NCBI GenBank assembly: GCA_001782805.1
Contig: MFPT01000002.1
Location: 69,401-133,400, forward strand
Reading direction: 5' to 3'
From: Candidatus Magasanikbacteria bacterium RIFCSPHIGHO2_01_FULL_41_23
GTDB lineage: Bacteria > Patescibacteriota > Patescibacteriia > Magasanikbacterales > UBA922
DNA length: 64,000 nt
Of the stretch, positions 9,655 to 19,862 are shown piece by piece. Position numbers and translations under genes: made by a program. Every line of letters starts with the position of its first letter. Position 1 is the stretch's first letter. A model generated the notes under the pieces. It searched no databases. It worked only from the letters and a program-made list of their open reading frames with translations, and was not told the origin of the DNA.

Positions 9655-10914
9655 AAAACTCCAAAAAAGCCCAATTGATGCCCCGCCCATAATGAGCGTA
9701 ATAACCCAACCTAAAATATTTGACGCGCGCGAATTAACATATTCCCCCATTATTTTTTTATTGTTGGCAATGCGCAAAATCACGATCATGAGAATCGGCG
9801 CAATCGCGCCATTCACCACCGCCGTATAATACAGCATTTTGAAAGGCGGAATCTTGGTAAAATTCACCAACAATCCCACGACTGTGGCAATCATAATTAC
9901 CATATAAAATCCATGAGCATCGGAAAATTTCCGATACAAACCTTCTTTCCAATTGAAACTTTCGCTGACCGCGTACGAAGCCGAGCCAGCCAAAATCGGC
10001 ACGGCCAAAAGTCCGGTGCCAATAATTCCAACGGTAAATAACAAGTAGGCAAAGTTTCCCGCCAAAGGTTTCAAAGCCAATGCCGCATCGGCCGCAGTTT
10101 GAATATCAGCGATACCGTGCACACCAAGCGTGGTAGCGGCAGTGGCAATAATAAAAAAAGTAATGAGATTGGAAAAAAACATCCCAAAAAAAGTATCCAA
10201 TCGCATTCGACGGACATCACAATGCCTAATTTTTGGTTTGCCCGCGCCAAAATCTTTAATTTTATTGTGCGCGACTTCTTCTTCCACTTCTTCACCGGTT
10301 TGCCAAAAAAATAAATACGGAGAAATAGTTGTTCCCAACAAGGCAATGATATTTAATAAATATTCGCGCGTAAACGAAATATGCGGTACTAATGTGGCGA
10401 ACAGTATTGTCCCCCAATCCATTTTGACGACAAACGCCGTGGCAATATAGGCCAAAAGTGATAAGGCAAAATACTTTAAATATTTTAGGTATACTTTATA
10501 CGAAACAAAAATTTCCAAAAATAAAATCGTGAAGGTAAAAATTAAAATTAAAATGGAAAAAGAAACGCGTGGAAATAACAATTGTGCGGCCGCGGCCATG
10601 GCACCCAAATCAGCCCCGATATTTATGGTGTTGGCGATCAATAACAAACTAACTGAAAAAAATAAAAGTTTTTTACTGAAATGATTGCGGATTACGCCGG
10701 CCAATCCTTGACCGGTCACGAGTCCTATCCGACCGCACATTTCTTGCACCACGGTCATGAAGGGAAAAGTATAAAGGGCTGTCCATAATTGGGTCAATCC
10801 AAATTGGGCGCCGGTTTGGGTATACGTCGCGATTCCCGATGGATCATCATCGGACGCTCCGGTGATAAATCCCGGACCGAGTTTTTTTAAAAAATGTTTG
10901 ATTTTTTGGTTCAT
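9646..10914 (-). CDS. NRAMP family divalent metal transporter
   Basis: LGPGFITGASDDDPSGIATY, LGTTISPYLFFWQ. Confidence 0.9.
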   Translation of the reverse strand: MNQKIKHFLKKLGPGFITGASDDDPSGIATYTQTGAQFGLTQLWTALYTFPFMTVVQEMCGRIGLVTGQGLAGVIRNHFSKKLLFFSVSLLLIANTINIGADLGAMAAAAQLLFPRVSFSILILIFTFTILFLEIFVSYKVYLKYLKYFALSLLAYIATAFVVKMDWGTILFATLVPHISFTREYLLNIIALLGTTISPYLFFWQTGEEVEEEVAHNKIKDFGAGKPKIRHCDVRRMRLDTFFGMFFSNLITFFIIATAATTLGVHGIADIQTAADAALALKPLAGNFAYLLFTVGIIGTGLLAVPILAGSASYAVSESFNWKEGLYRKFSDAHGFYMVIMIATVVGLLVNFTKIPPFKMLYYTAVVNGAIAPILMIVILRIANNKKIMGEYVNSRASNILGWVITLIMGGASIGLFWSFLF

Positions 10915-10978
10915 ATAAATTAAAAATTGCAGTGTTTACAGGATAATGATACCATAATGAAGATAACAAAGAAATCAT

Positions 10979-11380
10979 ATGTATCTCCCCTCAAACACCA
11001 TTATCGCGGCCGGACCGGTCATTATTGAAGATGGCCAAGTTTTGTTGAATCGCGAACGCAAGTCCGATGGCACAGCCAGCGAATGGTGGATGTTTCCTGG
11101 TGGCGGAGCTGAGGATTTTGACATTAGCTTGGAAGAAGTTTGTCGTCGTGAAGCTAAAGAAGAAATGGGAATTGATATTGAAATTATTAAACCATTGCGC
11201 ACACTTTTGGTAAAACGACCAGATAAAGAAGGACTGGCGATTCTTGTTCACTATTTAGCCAAACGTATCGGTGAAATTCAGCCCGGACTGGAAACGTTGG
11301 AGTGGGCTTGGTTTCCCTTAAATGAATTGCCGGAAAAATCCGCGCCAAATGTTGTTAAAATTATAAAAGATTTTTTATGA
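10979..11380 (+). CDS. NUDIX hydrolase
   Basis: FPGGGAE...CRREAKEEMG. Confidence 0.88.
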   Translation: MYLPSNTIIAAGPVIIEDGQVLLNRERKSDGTASEWWMFPGGGAEDFDISLEEVCRREAKEEMGIDIEIIKPLRTLLVKRPDKEGLAILVHYLAKRIGEIQPGLETLEWAWFPLNELPEKSAPNVVKIIKDFL

Positions 11381-11441
11381 TTTTTGAGTCGCTGGAATTT
11401 AAATAAATTCGTTCGGTGTCAATCATCCCAACCGCGCCGCT

Positions 11442-11612
11442 CATTAGGTTGTCATCATGTCAGTCAGCGCCGCTCACTCGCAGATAAACTCACTGAATGG
11501 CTCGCTCACTACATTGTCCGCTCGGCTTTGATTATTTACAGTATTACATCAGCCTCGCGTCCAAATCCCGACATGTCGGGACTGACTGACATGAATGCCA
11601 ACCTCACTAATG
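11442..11612. repeat. long imperfect inverted repeat enclosing small palindromes
   Basis: CATTAGGTTGTCATCATGTCAGTCAG ... CTGACTGACATGAATGCCAACCTCACTAATG; internal palindrome TCCCGACATGTCGGGA. Confidence 0.75.
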
Positions 11613-11640
11613 TCAATGTGAAAAATTCGGTCTACTGAAT

Positions 11641-11732
11641 AAGTAAACTGGAGCGAGATCTTTTTCTCGATGCCCGAGCTCGGTCGAGTGGTCGAGAAAA
11701 AGATCTCGCGAAGTTTGCTTAAGACTTAGAAA
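11641..11732 (+). repeat. structured dispersed repeat family A, copy A1 (loop holds a micro-element instead of the core)
   Basis: AAGTAAACT-GGA-GCGAGATCTTTTTCTCGA...TCGAGAAAAAGATCTCGC-GAA-GTTTGCTT-AAGACTTAGAAA. Confidence 0.8.
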
Positions 11733-11839
11733 GCTGAGTATAATGACTTGTTGAGAATGCATAATCCGTCAGACTATCAGTTGAACAAAAGGATATCGTC
11801 GAATTTTGCTTAAGAGTTAGAAAAAATGAAGTTTATTTA
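11729..11839 (+). repeat. family A copy A2 (57-nt core + right arm + tail), upstream of glyA
   Basis: GAAAGCTGAGTATAATGACTTGTTGAGAATGCATAATCCGTCAGACTATCAGTTGAA, near-identical to cores at 21688, 51212 and 55775. Confidence 0.9.
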
Positions 11840-11849
11840 AAAAATTTAT

Positions 11850-13121
11850 ATGTCCCTCCAAACCCAAGACCCTGACATCTACAATTTAATCCAAAAAGAA
11901 ATCGCCCGCCAAAGCGAAGGCTTGGAAATGATTCCATCCGAAAATCACACTTCCGGCGCAGTCTTGGAAGCTCTCGGATCTCGTCTCACCGACAAATACT
12001 CCGAAGGCTATCCGGGACAGCGCTATTATGGGGGTTGTGAAAATGTGGATGTAGTGGAAAATCTGGCGCGCTACCGTGCCAAGGAATTATTCGGCGCCAC
12101 GCACGCCAATGTCCAGCCTCATTCCGGCTGTCCAGCCAACCTTGCTGTGTATTTTGCCTTACTAAACCCAGGTGATACGGTACTTGGCTTGAATCTACAA
12201 CACGGCGGACACATGACTCATGGCTTGAAATTAAATTTTTCCGGTACGATTTACCATAGTGTCCAGTATACTTGTCGTCCGGACGGCTACATTGATCACG
12301 ATCAAATGCGCGCATTGGCCTTGGAACACAAACCAAAAATGATTATCGGTGGCGGAAGCGCCTATTCACGAATTTATGAATGGGCTAAATACAAAGAAAT
12401 TGCCGATGAAGTGGGCGCATTTTTACTCGCAGACATGAGTCATGTCGCCGGACTGGTGGCCGGAGGCGTATATCCGAATCCGGTCGGTATCGCTGATGTG
12501 GTTACCACGACCACGCACAAAACTTTGCGCGGTCCACGTGGTGCGATTATTCTTGCTAATGGTTTGCCCGCCACACCACTCAAAAAAGTGGAACGGACAA
12601 AAGAAAATATTCCGACTCTAATTGATCGTGCCATTATTCCCGGAATTCAAGGCGGTCCGCACAATCACCAAACCGCCGGCATTGCCGTGGCGCTCAAAGA
12701 AGCAATGCAACCGGAATTCAAGGTGTATGCGCAACAAATTTTGACCAACGCAAAATTATTGGCAGACGAACTAATGCAACGCGGTTATTCCATTGTCACC
12801 GGAGGCACGGAATCGCATTTGATGCTGATTGATTTGACCAATAAAAATTTAACCGGAAAAATTGCCGAAGCCACACTTGGAAAAGCGGGTATTACGGTCA
12901 ACAAAAATACCATTCCCTTTGATCCGCGTCCCCCATTTGACCCTTCCGGCATTCGTCTCGGCACACCGGCCTTGACCACGCGGGGCATGAAAGAAGCGGA
13001 AATGAAAATAATTGCCGGTTTTATTGACCGTGCGCTTGGGAATGCGGAAAATGAGATTGAACTTGCCAAAATTCGAGGAGAGGTGATGGAGATGTGTAAA
13101 TCATTTCCGTTGCCCATATAA
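11850..13121 (+). CDS. glyA: serine hydroxymethyltransferase
   Basis: IPSEN, KYSEGYPG.RYYGG, TTTTHKTLRGPRG, SGIRLGTPA.TTRG. Confidence 0.97.
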   Translation: MSLQTQDPDIYNLIQKEIARQSEGLEMIPSENHTSGAVLEALGSRLTDKYSEGYPGQRYYGGCENVDVVENLARYRAKELFGATHANVQPHSGCPANLAVYFALLNPGDTVLGLNLQHGGHMTHGLKLNFSGTIYHSVQYTCRPDGYIDHDQMRALALEHKPKMIIGGGSAYSRIYEWAKYKEIADEVGAFLLADMSHVAGLVAGGVYPNPVGIADVVTTTTHKTLRGPRGAIILANGLPATPLKKVERTKENIPTLIDRAIIPGIQGGPHNHQTAGIAVALKEAMQPEFKVYAQQILTNAKLLADELMQRGYSIVTGGTESHLMLIDLTNKNLTGKIAEATLGKAGITVNKNTIPFDPRPPFDPSGIRLGTPALTTRGMKEAEMKIIAGFIDRALGNAENEIELAKIRGEVMEMCKSFPLPI

Positions 13122-13142
13122 GATCTATCAATTGAACAAGAT

Positions 13143-14153
13143 ATGGCAAATAAAAATAATTCCGTTGGGATAATTATCTATGAAGGTGCGGATGGAGCAC
13201 CTAGTATTGATGTACGTGTTGAAAATGAAACCGTATGGCTTACGCAGGCCCAACTTGCGGAGCTATTCAATACATCTCGCCCCAATATCACGATGCATAT
13301 TAAAAACATCTTTGATGAAGGTGAATTGAGTGAGGTTTCAGTATGTAAGGATTTCTTACACACTGCTACTGATGGCAAGAAATATAACACCAAATCTTAT
13401 AACCTCGATCTTATAATTTCTCTTGGATACAGGATAAAATCTGATATTGCCACTCGCTTTCGCCAATGGGCAACCGAACGTCTTCGTGAGTACCTCATCA
13501 AAGGCTTTACGATGAATGACGAGTTTCTCAAAGAAAATGGCGGGGGCAAATATTGGTATGAACTGCTTGATCGTATTCGTGATATTCGTAGTAGTGAAAA
13601 AGTTTTATATCGTCAGGTGCTCGACCTGTACGCCACGAGTATTGATTACAATCCCAAAGCCTTGGAATCTATTAAGTTTTTTAAGATTGTACAAAATAAA
13701 CTGCACTACGCTGCCCACGGGAACACTGCTGCTGAGGTGATTGTTGCACGAGCAAACGCCGGTAAGCCATTTATGGGTTTGCTGAGTTTTTCAGATGGAG
13801 GGGTAAGTAAAAAAGATATTGCTATTGCAAAAAATTACCTTGATGAGAAAGAGTTAAAAGTGTTGAACAATATTGTCTCTGCGTTTTTTGACTTGGCAGA
13901 AGTGAGAGCAATGGAACATGAGCCAATGTATATGAAAGATTGGATTGCCCAACTCGATAAATTGATTGGTGTATTTGACAAAAAAGTCCTGACGGAGGCT
14001 GGTTCTGTGAGCCATAGTGAGGCGCTGAAAAAAGCTGAAGTGGAGTATAAAAAATTTCAAGCCAAAACGCTTTCTCCCGTCGAAAAAGCCTATCTGGAAA
14101 ATATTAAATTGCTGGAAAAAAAGGTAGAGAAAAAAATAAAAGATAAAAATTAG
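13143..14153 (+). CDS. rhuM: RhuM family protein
   Basis: ETVWLTQAQLAELF, YNLDLIISLGYR, FRQWAT, IRDIRSSEK, FF..VQNKLHYA..G.TAAE. Confidence 0.9.
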   Translation: MANKNNSVGIIIYEGADGAPSIDVRVENETVWLTQAQLAELFNTSRPNITMHIKNIFDEGELSEVSVCKDFLHTATDGKKYNTKSYNLDLIISLGYRIKSDIATRFRQWATERLREYLIKGFTMNDEFLKENGGGKYWYELLDRIRDIRSSEKVLYRQVLDLYATSIDYNPKALESIKFFKIVQNKLHYAAHGNTAAEVIVARANAGKPFMGLLSFSDGGVSKKDIAIAKNYLDEKELKVLNNIVSAFFDLAEVRAMEHEPMYMKDWIAQLDKLIGVFDKKVLTEAGSVSHSEALKKAEVEYKKFQAKTLSPVEKAYLENIKLLEKKVEKKIKDKN

Positions 14154-14201
14154 TAATTAATTCAGATATGCCGTAACGTTCAAGGACTTATTGAATTACA
14201 A

Positions 14202-14633
14202 ATGGCAAAATTCATATCTAAATCAAATACCGAAACCATTTCTATTGCCAAAAAATTCGCCGGCATTCTTCTTGGCGGTGAAGTCATCACTCTGTCCGGC
14301 GAATTGGGAACAGGCAAAACCGTCTTTGTCAAAGGTTTGGCACAAGCATTGGGAGTGACGAAGGAAATTGTCAGTCCGACTTTTGCGATTATGAATATGC
14401 TGCCGGCAAACAAAAACAAAATAAAAGCACTGGTCCATGTGGATACTTATCGTTTGAAAAATGAAAAAGAGTTGAAGGAAATCGGATTCGGTGATTACCT
14501 GGGCGCGTCCGATACGGTCTGCGTAATTGAATGGCCGGAACTGGCGAAGGGATTACTACCAAAAAAAATAATCTCCGTTACAATTACACACGGAGATAAT
14601 CAGAATGTACGAAACATCACAATCAAAAAATAA
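14202..14633 (+). CDS. tsaE: t6A biosynthesis ATPase TsaE
   Basis: GELGTGKT, SPTF, HVDTYRL, IEWPE. Confidence 0.95.
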   Translation: MAKFISKSNTETISIAKKFAGILLGGEVITLSGELGTGKTVFVKGLAQALGVTKEIVSPTFAIMNMLPANKNKIKALVHVDTYRLKNEKELKEIGFGDYLGASDTVCVIEWPELAKGLLPKKIISVTITHGDNQNVRNITIKK

Positions 14634-14670
14634 TCCATCCACTTCAGACTTCGGAGCATCCTTGAATTTT

Positions 14671-15762
14671 TTATTTCACCCCAAAAAAAGCCTGATAAAC
14701 CTTCAACGCCATCCACTCCTTAAATTTTCGCCACCGACCGCGCGCGACCCATTGCTTATCTTCCAAAATTTTCGCGTCGTCAATCCATTCCAACACAATT
14801 TCTTTTATTTTTTTGACAAATTTAGGATCGCGCGTCAAAAGATTGGCTTCGTGATTGTAAAAAAAACTGTTTTGATCAATGTTACTGCTCCCCACCATCG
14901 TCCAATCATCGTCCACAATCAGTCCTTTACCATGCATCATTTTGTTCAAAAAATGAATCCGCACACCGGCGCGACGCATGATGCCAAACCAGGTAAACGC
15001 GGCCGCGGTCGCGATCCGCAAATCGCTGCGAAATGGAATTAGCAGATCAACGCGCACTCCCCTTTTTTTTGCTTGCCACAAAGCCTTCAAAAAACCCAAA
15101 TCCGGAAAATAATAGGGAGAAAATAAAATCACCCGTTCACGCGCCTTGTACAGCGCGCGCAGATATTGATCCCGTACCCGCGAGCCTTTCGTATTCGGCT
15201 CATCGTAAATGATATCAAACTCATCATGCATCACTCGAAAGCGATATTTCAGCAAATGCCGAACCGCATTTTTATCGCCACCGCAAATAATATATGATTT
15301 TGCAAATGAACGCAAAAGCGATCGAACGACTTTTCCCTCCAGTCGAACATGGATATCCAGCCAATCGCGCATGGAATGATTAACATTGACTCCCCCGATA
15401 AAACCAACAGTTTCGTCCACAATCAAAATTTTGCGATGAGTACGCGAGGAAAAAATTCCCCACCACACCAAATGTCGCCGTTTTTTATCTTCAAAAAGTC
15501 GAATGTCAATGCCCAAAGCACGCAATTCAGCAATTTTTTTATTTGATATGGCGAGACTACCCCAATAATCAAAAATTAATTTGATATCTACTCCCGCCTT
15601 CGCTTTTTCAATTAAAATCGCCAAAAATTCCCGACCGATTTCATCATCGGTAAACAAATAAACTTCCCAATATATGGAACGCGTAGCCGCGCGCAAAGAC
15701 GTAGCCATGGCCGTCCAAGCTTCTTTGGTGGTGGAATAAATTTGATAATTTGATGTTGCCAC
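14671..15762 (-). CDS. phospholipase D family / cardiolipin synthase-like
   Basis: Two HKD motifs: HRKILIVD and HGKGLIVD...GSSN; GTG start. Confidence 0.9.
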   Translation of the reverse strand: MATSNYQIYSTTKEAWTAMATSLRAATRSIYWEVYLFTDDEIGREFLAILIEKAKAGVDIKLIFDYWGSLAISNKKIAELRALGIDIRLFEDKKRRHLVWWGIFSSRTHRKILIVDETVGFIGGVNVNHSMRDWLDIHVRLEGKVVRSLLRSFAKSYIICGGDKNAVRHLLKYRFRVMHDEFDIIYDEPNTKGSRVRDQYLRALYKARERVILFSPYYFPDLGFLKALWQAKKRGVRVDLLIPFRSDLRIATAAAFTWFGIMRRAGVRIHFLNKMMHGKGLIVDDDWTMVGSSNIDQNSFFYNHEANLLTRDPKFVKKIKEIVLEWIDDAKILEDKQWVARGRWRKFKEWMALKVYQAFFGVK

Positions 15763-15783
15763 AATTATTGATTGTGAGAATGA

Positions 15784-17415
15784 TTATTTTTTAGCCGCTT
15801 TTATAAATTCCCGAAACAGAGGATGCGGGCGCATGGGACGCGATTTGAATTCCGGATGAAATTGCGTGCCCACAAAAAAAGGATGATCAGATAACTCAAC
15901 AATTTCCACCAAATCAGTTTCCGGATTTATTCCTACCACTTGCAATCCGGCCGCATCCATTTCCGCGCGATAGGCATTATTAAATTCATAACGATGCCGA
16001 TGACGCTCGGAAATCAAATCCATTTCGTAAGCTTTTTGCGTTTTGGTTCCCTGCCGAAGCGCGCAATCATACGCTCCCAAGCGCATGGTTCCTCCATATT
16101 TATTAGTGCGTACATTTTTGGCCTGCACCGGATTGATGAATATAATCGGATCCGTTGTTTGTGGATTGACTTCCACTGTATTCGCGTCTTTTTTCCCCAA
16201 AACATTACGCGCAAATTCTATAGTCGCGAGTTGCATACCATAACACAAACCCAAAAAAGGAATTTTATGTTCTCGCGCGTATTGGATGGCGCGAATAATT
16301 CCTTCAATTCCCCGCGTGCCAAATCCGCCCGGCACAATAACCCCATCATATCTGGAAAGTTTTTTAATACTATTTTCATCGCGTTCAAATTCTTCAGAAT
16401 CAATCCAATCTAAAATTGGTTTACGATCATTGAACCATGCCGCGTGTTTGATTGATTCAATGACCGAATGATACGAATCAGCCAATGTATAATCTCCCGT
16501 GCCAAAATATTTTCCCACCACGGCAATTTTTACTTCACGCGTGGAAGATTGAATTCTTTTGAGAAAATCCTGCCATGGCTTAAGATTACTTGGTCTGGTT
16601 TTAAGATTAAGAATTTTTAATAATTTATTGCCTAAATTTTGCTCCTCCAAAGTCAAAGGGATTTGATAAATTGAGGGAACATCGGGCGCGGAAATACAAT
16701 GCTCCGGCTTGACGCCGCAAAAAACCGCCAATTTTTCCAAACGCGGTTTGTCCAGCGCATATTCGCCACGCGCGATAATCACATCCGAATTTATGCCCAC
16801 GCTATTGAGCGCTCGCGCCGCGTGTTGTGTTGGTTTGGTTTTCATTTCTCCCAAATGCGAGGGAATGGGTAAATAACTGACCAAAACAAACGCCACATCC
16901 GCGGGATTGGCCAGCTTCATCATGCGCGCCGCTTCCAAAAATAAAATATTTTCATATTCCCCCACTGTTCCGCCCACTTCAATTATCGTTATTTCGGCGC
17001 GATGATTTTTCGCCGCGGTGGCAATGCGCCTAATTACTTCTTTGGGAACATCCGGCACCACTTGTACGCATTTTCCCTTATATTTCATCGCACGTTCATT
17101 TTCAATGACGGTCAAATACACTCGACCAGTAGTCATATAACTGTTGGAATCAAGATCAACATCCAAAAATCGCTCGTAATTCCCCATATCCTGATCGGTT
17201 TCATCCCGATCATCAGTCACAAACACTTCACCGTGTTCAATGGGGTTCATCGTGCCTGCATCGACATTAACATAAGGATCAATTTTCAGAGCAGTCACGC
17301 GCATTCCTTTGGCTTTAAAAATTGCACCGAGAGAGGCAGTGGTCACGCCTTTTCCTACTCCGGACAAAACACCGCCGACCACGAAAATAAACTTAGGATG
17401 ATGTGATTTTGACAT
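15784..17415 (-). CDS. pyrG: CTP synthase
   Basis: GGVLSGVGKG, KIDPYVNVDAGTM, KTKPTQH, VPGGFG, GLCYGMQ, QFHPEF. Confidence 0.98.
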   Translation of the reverse strand: MSKSHHPKFIFVVGGVLSGVGKGVTTASLGAIFKAKGMRVTALKIDPYVNVDAGTMNPIEHGEVFVTDDRDETDQDMGNYERFLDVDLDSNSYMTTGRVYLTVIENERAMKYKGKCVQVVPDVPKEVIRRIATAAKNHRAEITIIEVGGTVGEYENILFLEAARMMKLANPADVAFVLVSYLPIPSHLGEMKTKPTQHAARALNSVGINSDVIIARGEYALDKPRLEKLAVFCGVKPEHCISAPDVPSIYQIPLTLEEQNLGNKLLKILNLKTRPSNLKPWQDFLKRIQSSTREVKIAVVGKYFGTGDYTLADSYHSVIESIKHAAWFNDRKPILDWIDSEEFERDENSIKKLSRYDGVIVPGGFGTRGIEGIIRAIQYAREHKIPFLGLCYGMQLATIEFARNVLGKKDANTVEVNPQTTDPIIFINPVQAKNVRTNKYGGTMRLGAYDCALRQGTKTQKAYEMDLISERHRHRYEFNNAYRAEMDAAGLQVVGINPETDLVEIVELSDHPFFVGTQFHPEFKSRPMRPHPLFREFIKAAKK

Positions 17416-17519
17416 ATAAATTTGTTATTTTTTATGGCACAATTATACCATGTTTCAAAAAATAAGAAACCATCGCAGGAAGGGTTTAAATGTCAGAAAA
17501 TGACACAGAAAATGAGGTC

Positions 17520-17548
17520 TTGAAAAAATGGCTAAGATACGGTACTAT
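17520..17548 (+). promoter_or_regulatory. probable sigma70 promoter for era
   Basis: TTGAAA-17 nt-TACTAT. Confidence 0.55.
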
Positions 17549-17569
17549 AGAGATTATCTATAAATTTTT

Positions 17570-18421
17570 ATGAAATCAGGTTTTGCTATTCTTATCGGTC
17601 GATCAAACGTGGGCAAGTCCACACTCATGAACACATTGGTAGGAACCAAAATTTCCGCGACCAGTTTTCGCGCCCAAATGACCCGTGATATTATTCATGG
17701 CGTGGTAAATAGTCCTGAAGGACAAGCGGTTTTTATTGACACACCGGGAATTTTTAAGGATAAAAAAAGCTCATTAAGCGGCAAATTAGTCAATAAAGCC
17801 GAAACCGCAATCGAGGGAGTGGACGTTATTATTTATGTAGTAGATCCCACGCGCGAAATTGGACCGGAAGAACGCGCGACGTTTGGCATCATCAGGCATT
17901 TACAAATTCCCAAAATTTTAGTTATCAATAAAAGTGATTTACCTTTGGATGAACGCAAATACCAGGCTGATTACGAAGCCATGGGACGAGATGTGAGTGC
18001 GGTTTATTCTTTGTCAGCCTTGCGCGCCCGCCATATTGAACCACTAAAAGAAAAAATAATCAGTCTTTTGCCCGAAGGCGAGCCAATGTATCCCGAAGGA
18101 CAGTTAACTAATGTCGATAATCACTTTTGGGTGGCTGAGCTTATTCGGGAAAAAGTTTTTTCCGTGTTGGATAAAGAAGTACCCTATTCAATTACGGTAA
18201 AAACTGAATCAATTGAGGAAAAAGAAGGGGTGATGGTTATAAGCGCAAAAATTTTAACTGATGAAGAGCGCTACAAACGGATTATTATTGGCACGCGTGG
18301 TGCGCGAATTAAGGAAATCGGTCAACTTGCTCGCCGCGAATTGGAACAAGCACTCGGCACAAAAATATTTTTGGAGCTGGAAGTAGAAGTGGATAAACAC
18401 TGGATAGAACGGGTGGAATAG
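17570..18421 (+). CDS. era: GTPase Era
   Basis: GRSNVGKST, DTPG, NKSD, ELIREK, EVPYS, KH domain IIIG..G..IKEIG. Confidence 0.96.
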   Translation: MKSGFAILIGRSNVGKSTLMNTLVGTKISATSFRAQMTRDIIHGVVNSPEGQAVFIDTPGIFKDKKSSLSGKLVNKAETAIEGVDVIIYVVDPTREIGPEERATFGIIRHLQIPKILVINKSDLPLDERKYQADYEAMGRDVSAVYSLSALRARHIEPLKEKIISLLPEGEPMYPEGQLTNVDNHFWVAELIREKVFSVLDKEVPYSITVKTESIEEKEGVMVISAKILTDEERYKRIIIGTRGARIKEIGQLARRELEQALGTKIFLELEVEVDKHWIERVE

Positions 18422-18424
18422 CAA

Positions 18425-18452
18425 TTGACAGCCGAATTTTAAATGATATACT
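18425..18452 (+). promoter_or_regulatory. sigma70 promoter for coiled-coil gene
   Basis: TTGACA-16 nt-TATACT with extended TG; AGGAGG SD downstream. Confidence 0.7.
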
Positions 18453-18485
18453 AAATTATACCATTTATTTATTTTAAGGAGGAAT

Positions 18486-18893
18486 ATGTCAAAAGATACT
18501 ATAACCAAGTCAGAAATCACTACCATCCAGAGTGATATTAAAGTTATTAAAAAATCCGTTTGCCAAGTAGAAAAAAAAATTGATGGTTTGGAAAAGCGAT
18601 TTGACGTGCTAGAAACACGAGTTAGCGTTGTGGAGACTAAACTTGATTTTGTTATTGATGAAGTCGGCGTTTTGAAGGAAGATATGGAATATGTTAAAGA
18701 TTTTCTGGCGAACGAGGTAATGACCAAGCAGGACAAAAATGAAATTATGTCGACTTTAGATGTATTGGTCGGTTTTTATAAAAAATCAGAACAGGAACAA
18801 ACACTCCAAACCTACCGAATTCGAGAACATACAGAAATATTAGAAAAACATGATAAAGAGATTAAAAATCTGCAATTGGCTGTTGCCACATAA
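18486..18893 (+). CDS. coiled-coil hypothetical protein
   Basis: Heptad pattern (VEKKIDGLEKRFDVLETRVSVVETKLD), own promoter and SD. Confidence 0.75.
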   Translation: MSKDTITKSEITTIQSDIKVIKKSVCQVEKKIDGLEKRFDVLETRVSVVETKLDFVIDEVGVLKEDMEYVKDFLANEVMTKQDKNEIMSTLDVLVGFYKKSEQEQTLQTYRIREHTEILEKHDKEIKNLQLAVAT

Positions 18894-18896
18894 TCT

Positions 18897-19592
18897 ATGG
18901 CCAGCTTCTCCTCCAATCCTGGAAAAAATATTGTCATTGAAGTAGCGGGGATACAGTACGAACGGTATCCAATAAAAACCCATGTTATAAAGATCAAGGA
19001 AAATTTGACCGAAATTTTAAAACAATATGTTGCTCCGCATCTCCAGCCAGGAGACTTAATTTTCATCAGTGAAAAAATCGTGGCAATTTCTCAAGGACGT
19101 TCATATCCGATTGCGGAAATTAAAGTGAGTAAAATTGCCACATTCTTATCAGGCAAGGTATACAAATCTCCGTATGGAATTGGCCTGGGTAGTCCTTGGA
19201 CAATGCAACTGGCATTGAACGAAGTGGGATATGGACGAATTGGTTTGGGAATTCTCGTTCATCTTTTGTTTAAACCGTTTGGTATCAAAGGAATGTTTTA
19301 TCGCGTTGTTGGTCGAACAGTTGCCGCGATTGATGGCCCCTGCGATTATACGCTTCCGCCGTACAACAAATACGCCAAGCTGGGACCAAAAGATCCGGAT
19401 AAAGTCGCTCAACAATTAAAAAATTACATTGGCCACGATGTTGTAATAATCGACGCCAATGATTTGGGAGTGAATATTTTAGGAAGTTCAACAAAAAATA
19501 TCCAGCGAGAAACTTTAGCTGCTATTTTCAAAGATAATCCTTTGGGACAAACCAGTGAACAAACACCGATTGCGATTGTACGAAAAATTTAA
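18897..19592 (+). CDS. coenzyme F420-0:gamma-glutamyl ligase-like (CofE fold) protein
   Basis: GDLIFISEKIVAISQGR, IDG, P.DPD..A, IIDANDLG, NPLGQ..EQTP. Confidence 0.75.
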   Translation: MASFSSNPGKNIVIEVAGIQYERYPIKTHVIKIKENLTEILKQYVAPHLQPGDLIFISEKIVAISQGRSYPIAEIKVSKIATFLSGKVYKSPYGIGLGSPWTMQLALNEVGYGRIGLGILVHLLFKPFGIKGMFYRVVGRTVAAIDGPCDYTLPPYNKYAKLGPKDPDKVAQQLKNYIGHDVVIIDANDLGVNILGSSTKNIQRETLAAIFKDNPLGQTSEQTPIAIVRKI

Positions 19593-19601
19593 AATAAAAA
19601 A

Positions 19602-19841
19602 TCAAAGATTCTTTAAAAAATTCTCTAATAACTCTTCTCCGCCCATTTTTTTTAATTCTTTCAAAATTGCTTTTTGACAATGAATCACATTGTGGCGCGG
19701 GACAGTAATAAAAGGAGGATTACTGTTCAAAATTGGACTTAAAAATTTATCATGAGAGCCCGAAGAATTTTTATTTAAAATAAAACCGATTCGAGTAAGT
19801 GCTCGAATACATTGCAGACGATTAAAATTATTCCCTCCCAT
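19602..19841 (-). CDS. hicA: HicA family mRNA interferase toxin
   Basis: IRALTRIGF......GSH.......ITVPRH. Confidence 0.8.
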   Translation of the reverse strand: MGGNNFNRLQCIRALTRIGFILNKNSSGSHDKFLSPILNSNPPFITVPRHNVIHCQKAILKELKKMGGEELLENFLKNL

Positions 19842-19862
19842 AACCCCTCCTTAATAATTAGA

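Noticed and set aside
11384-11638. 84-aa ORF in the NUDIX-glyA gap
   Set aside because: TTG start, runs through inverted repeats and has no protein-like features.
11641-11849. ZTP or glycine riboswitch upstream of glyA
   Set aside because: No aptamer consensus; the sequence recurs upstream of unrelated genes.
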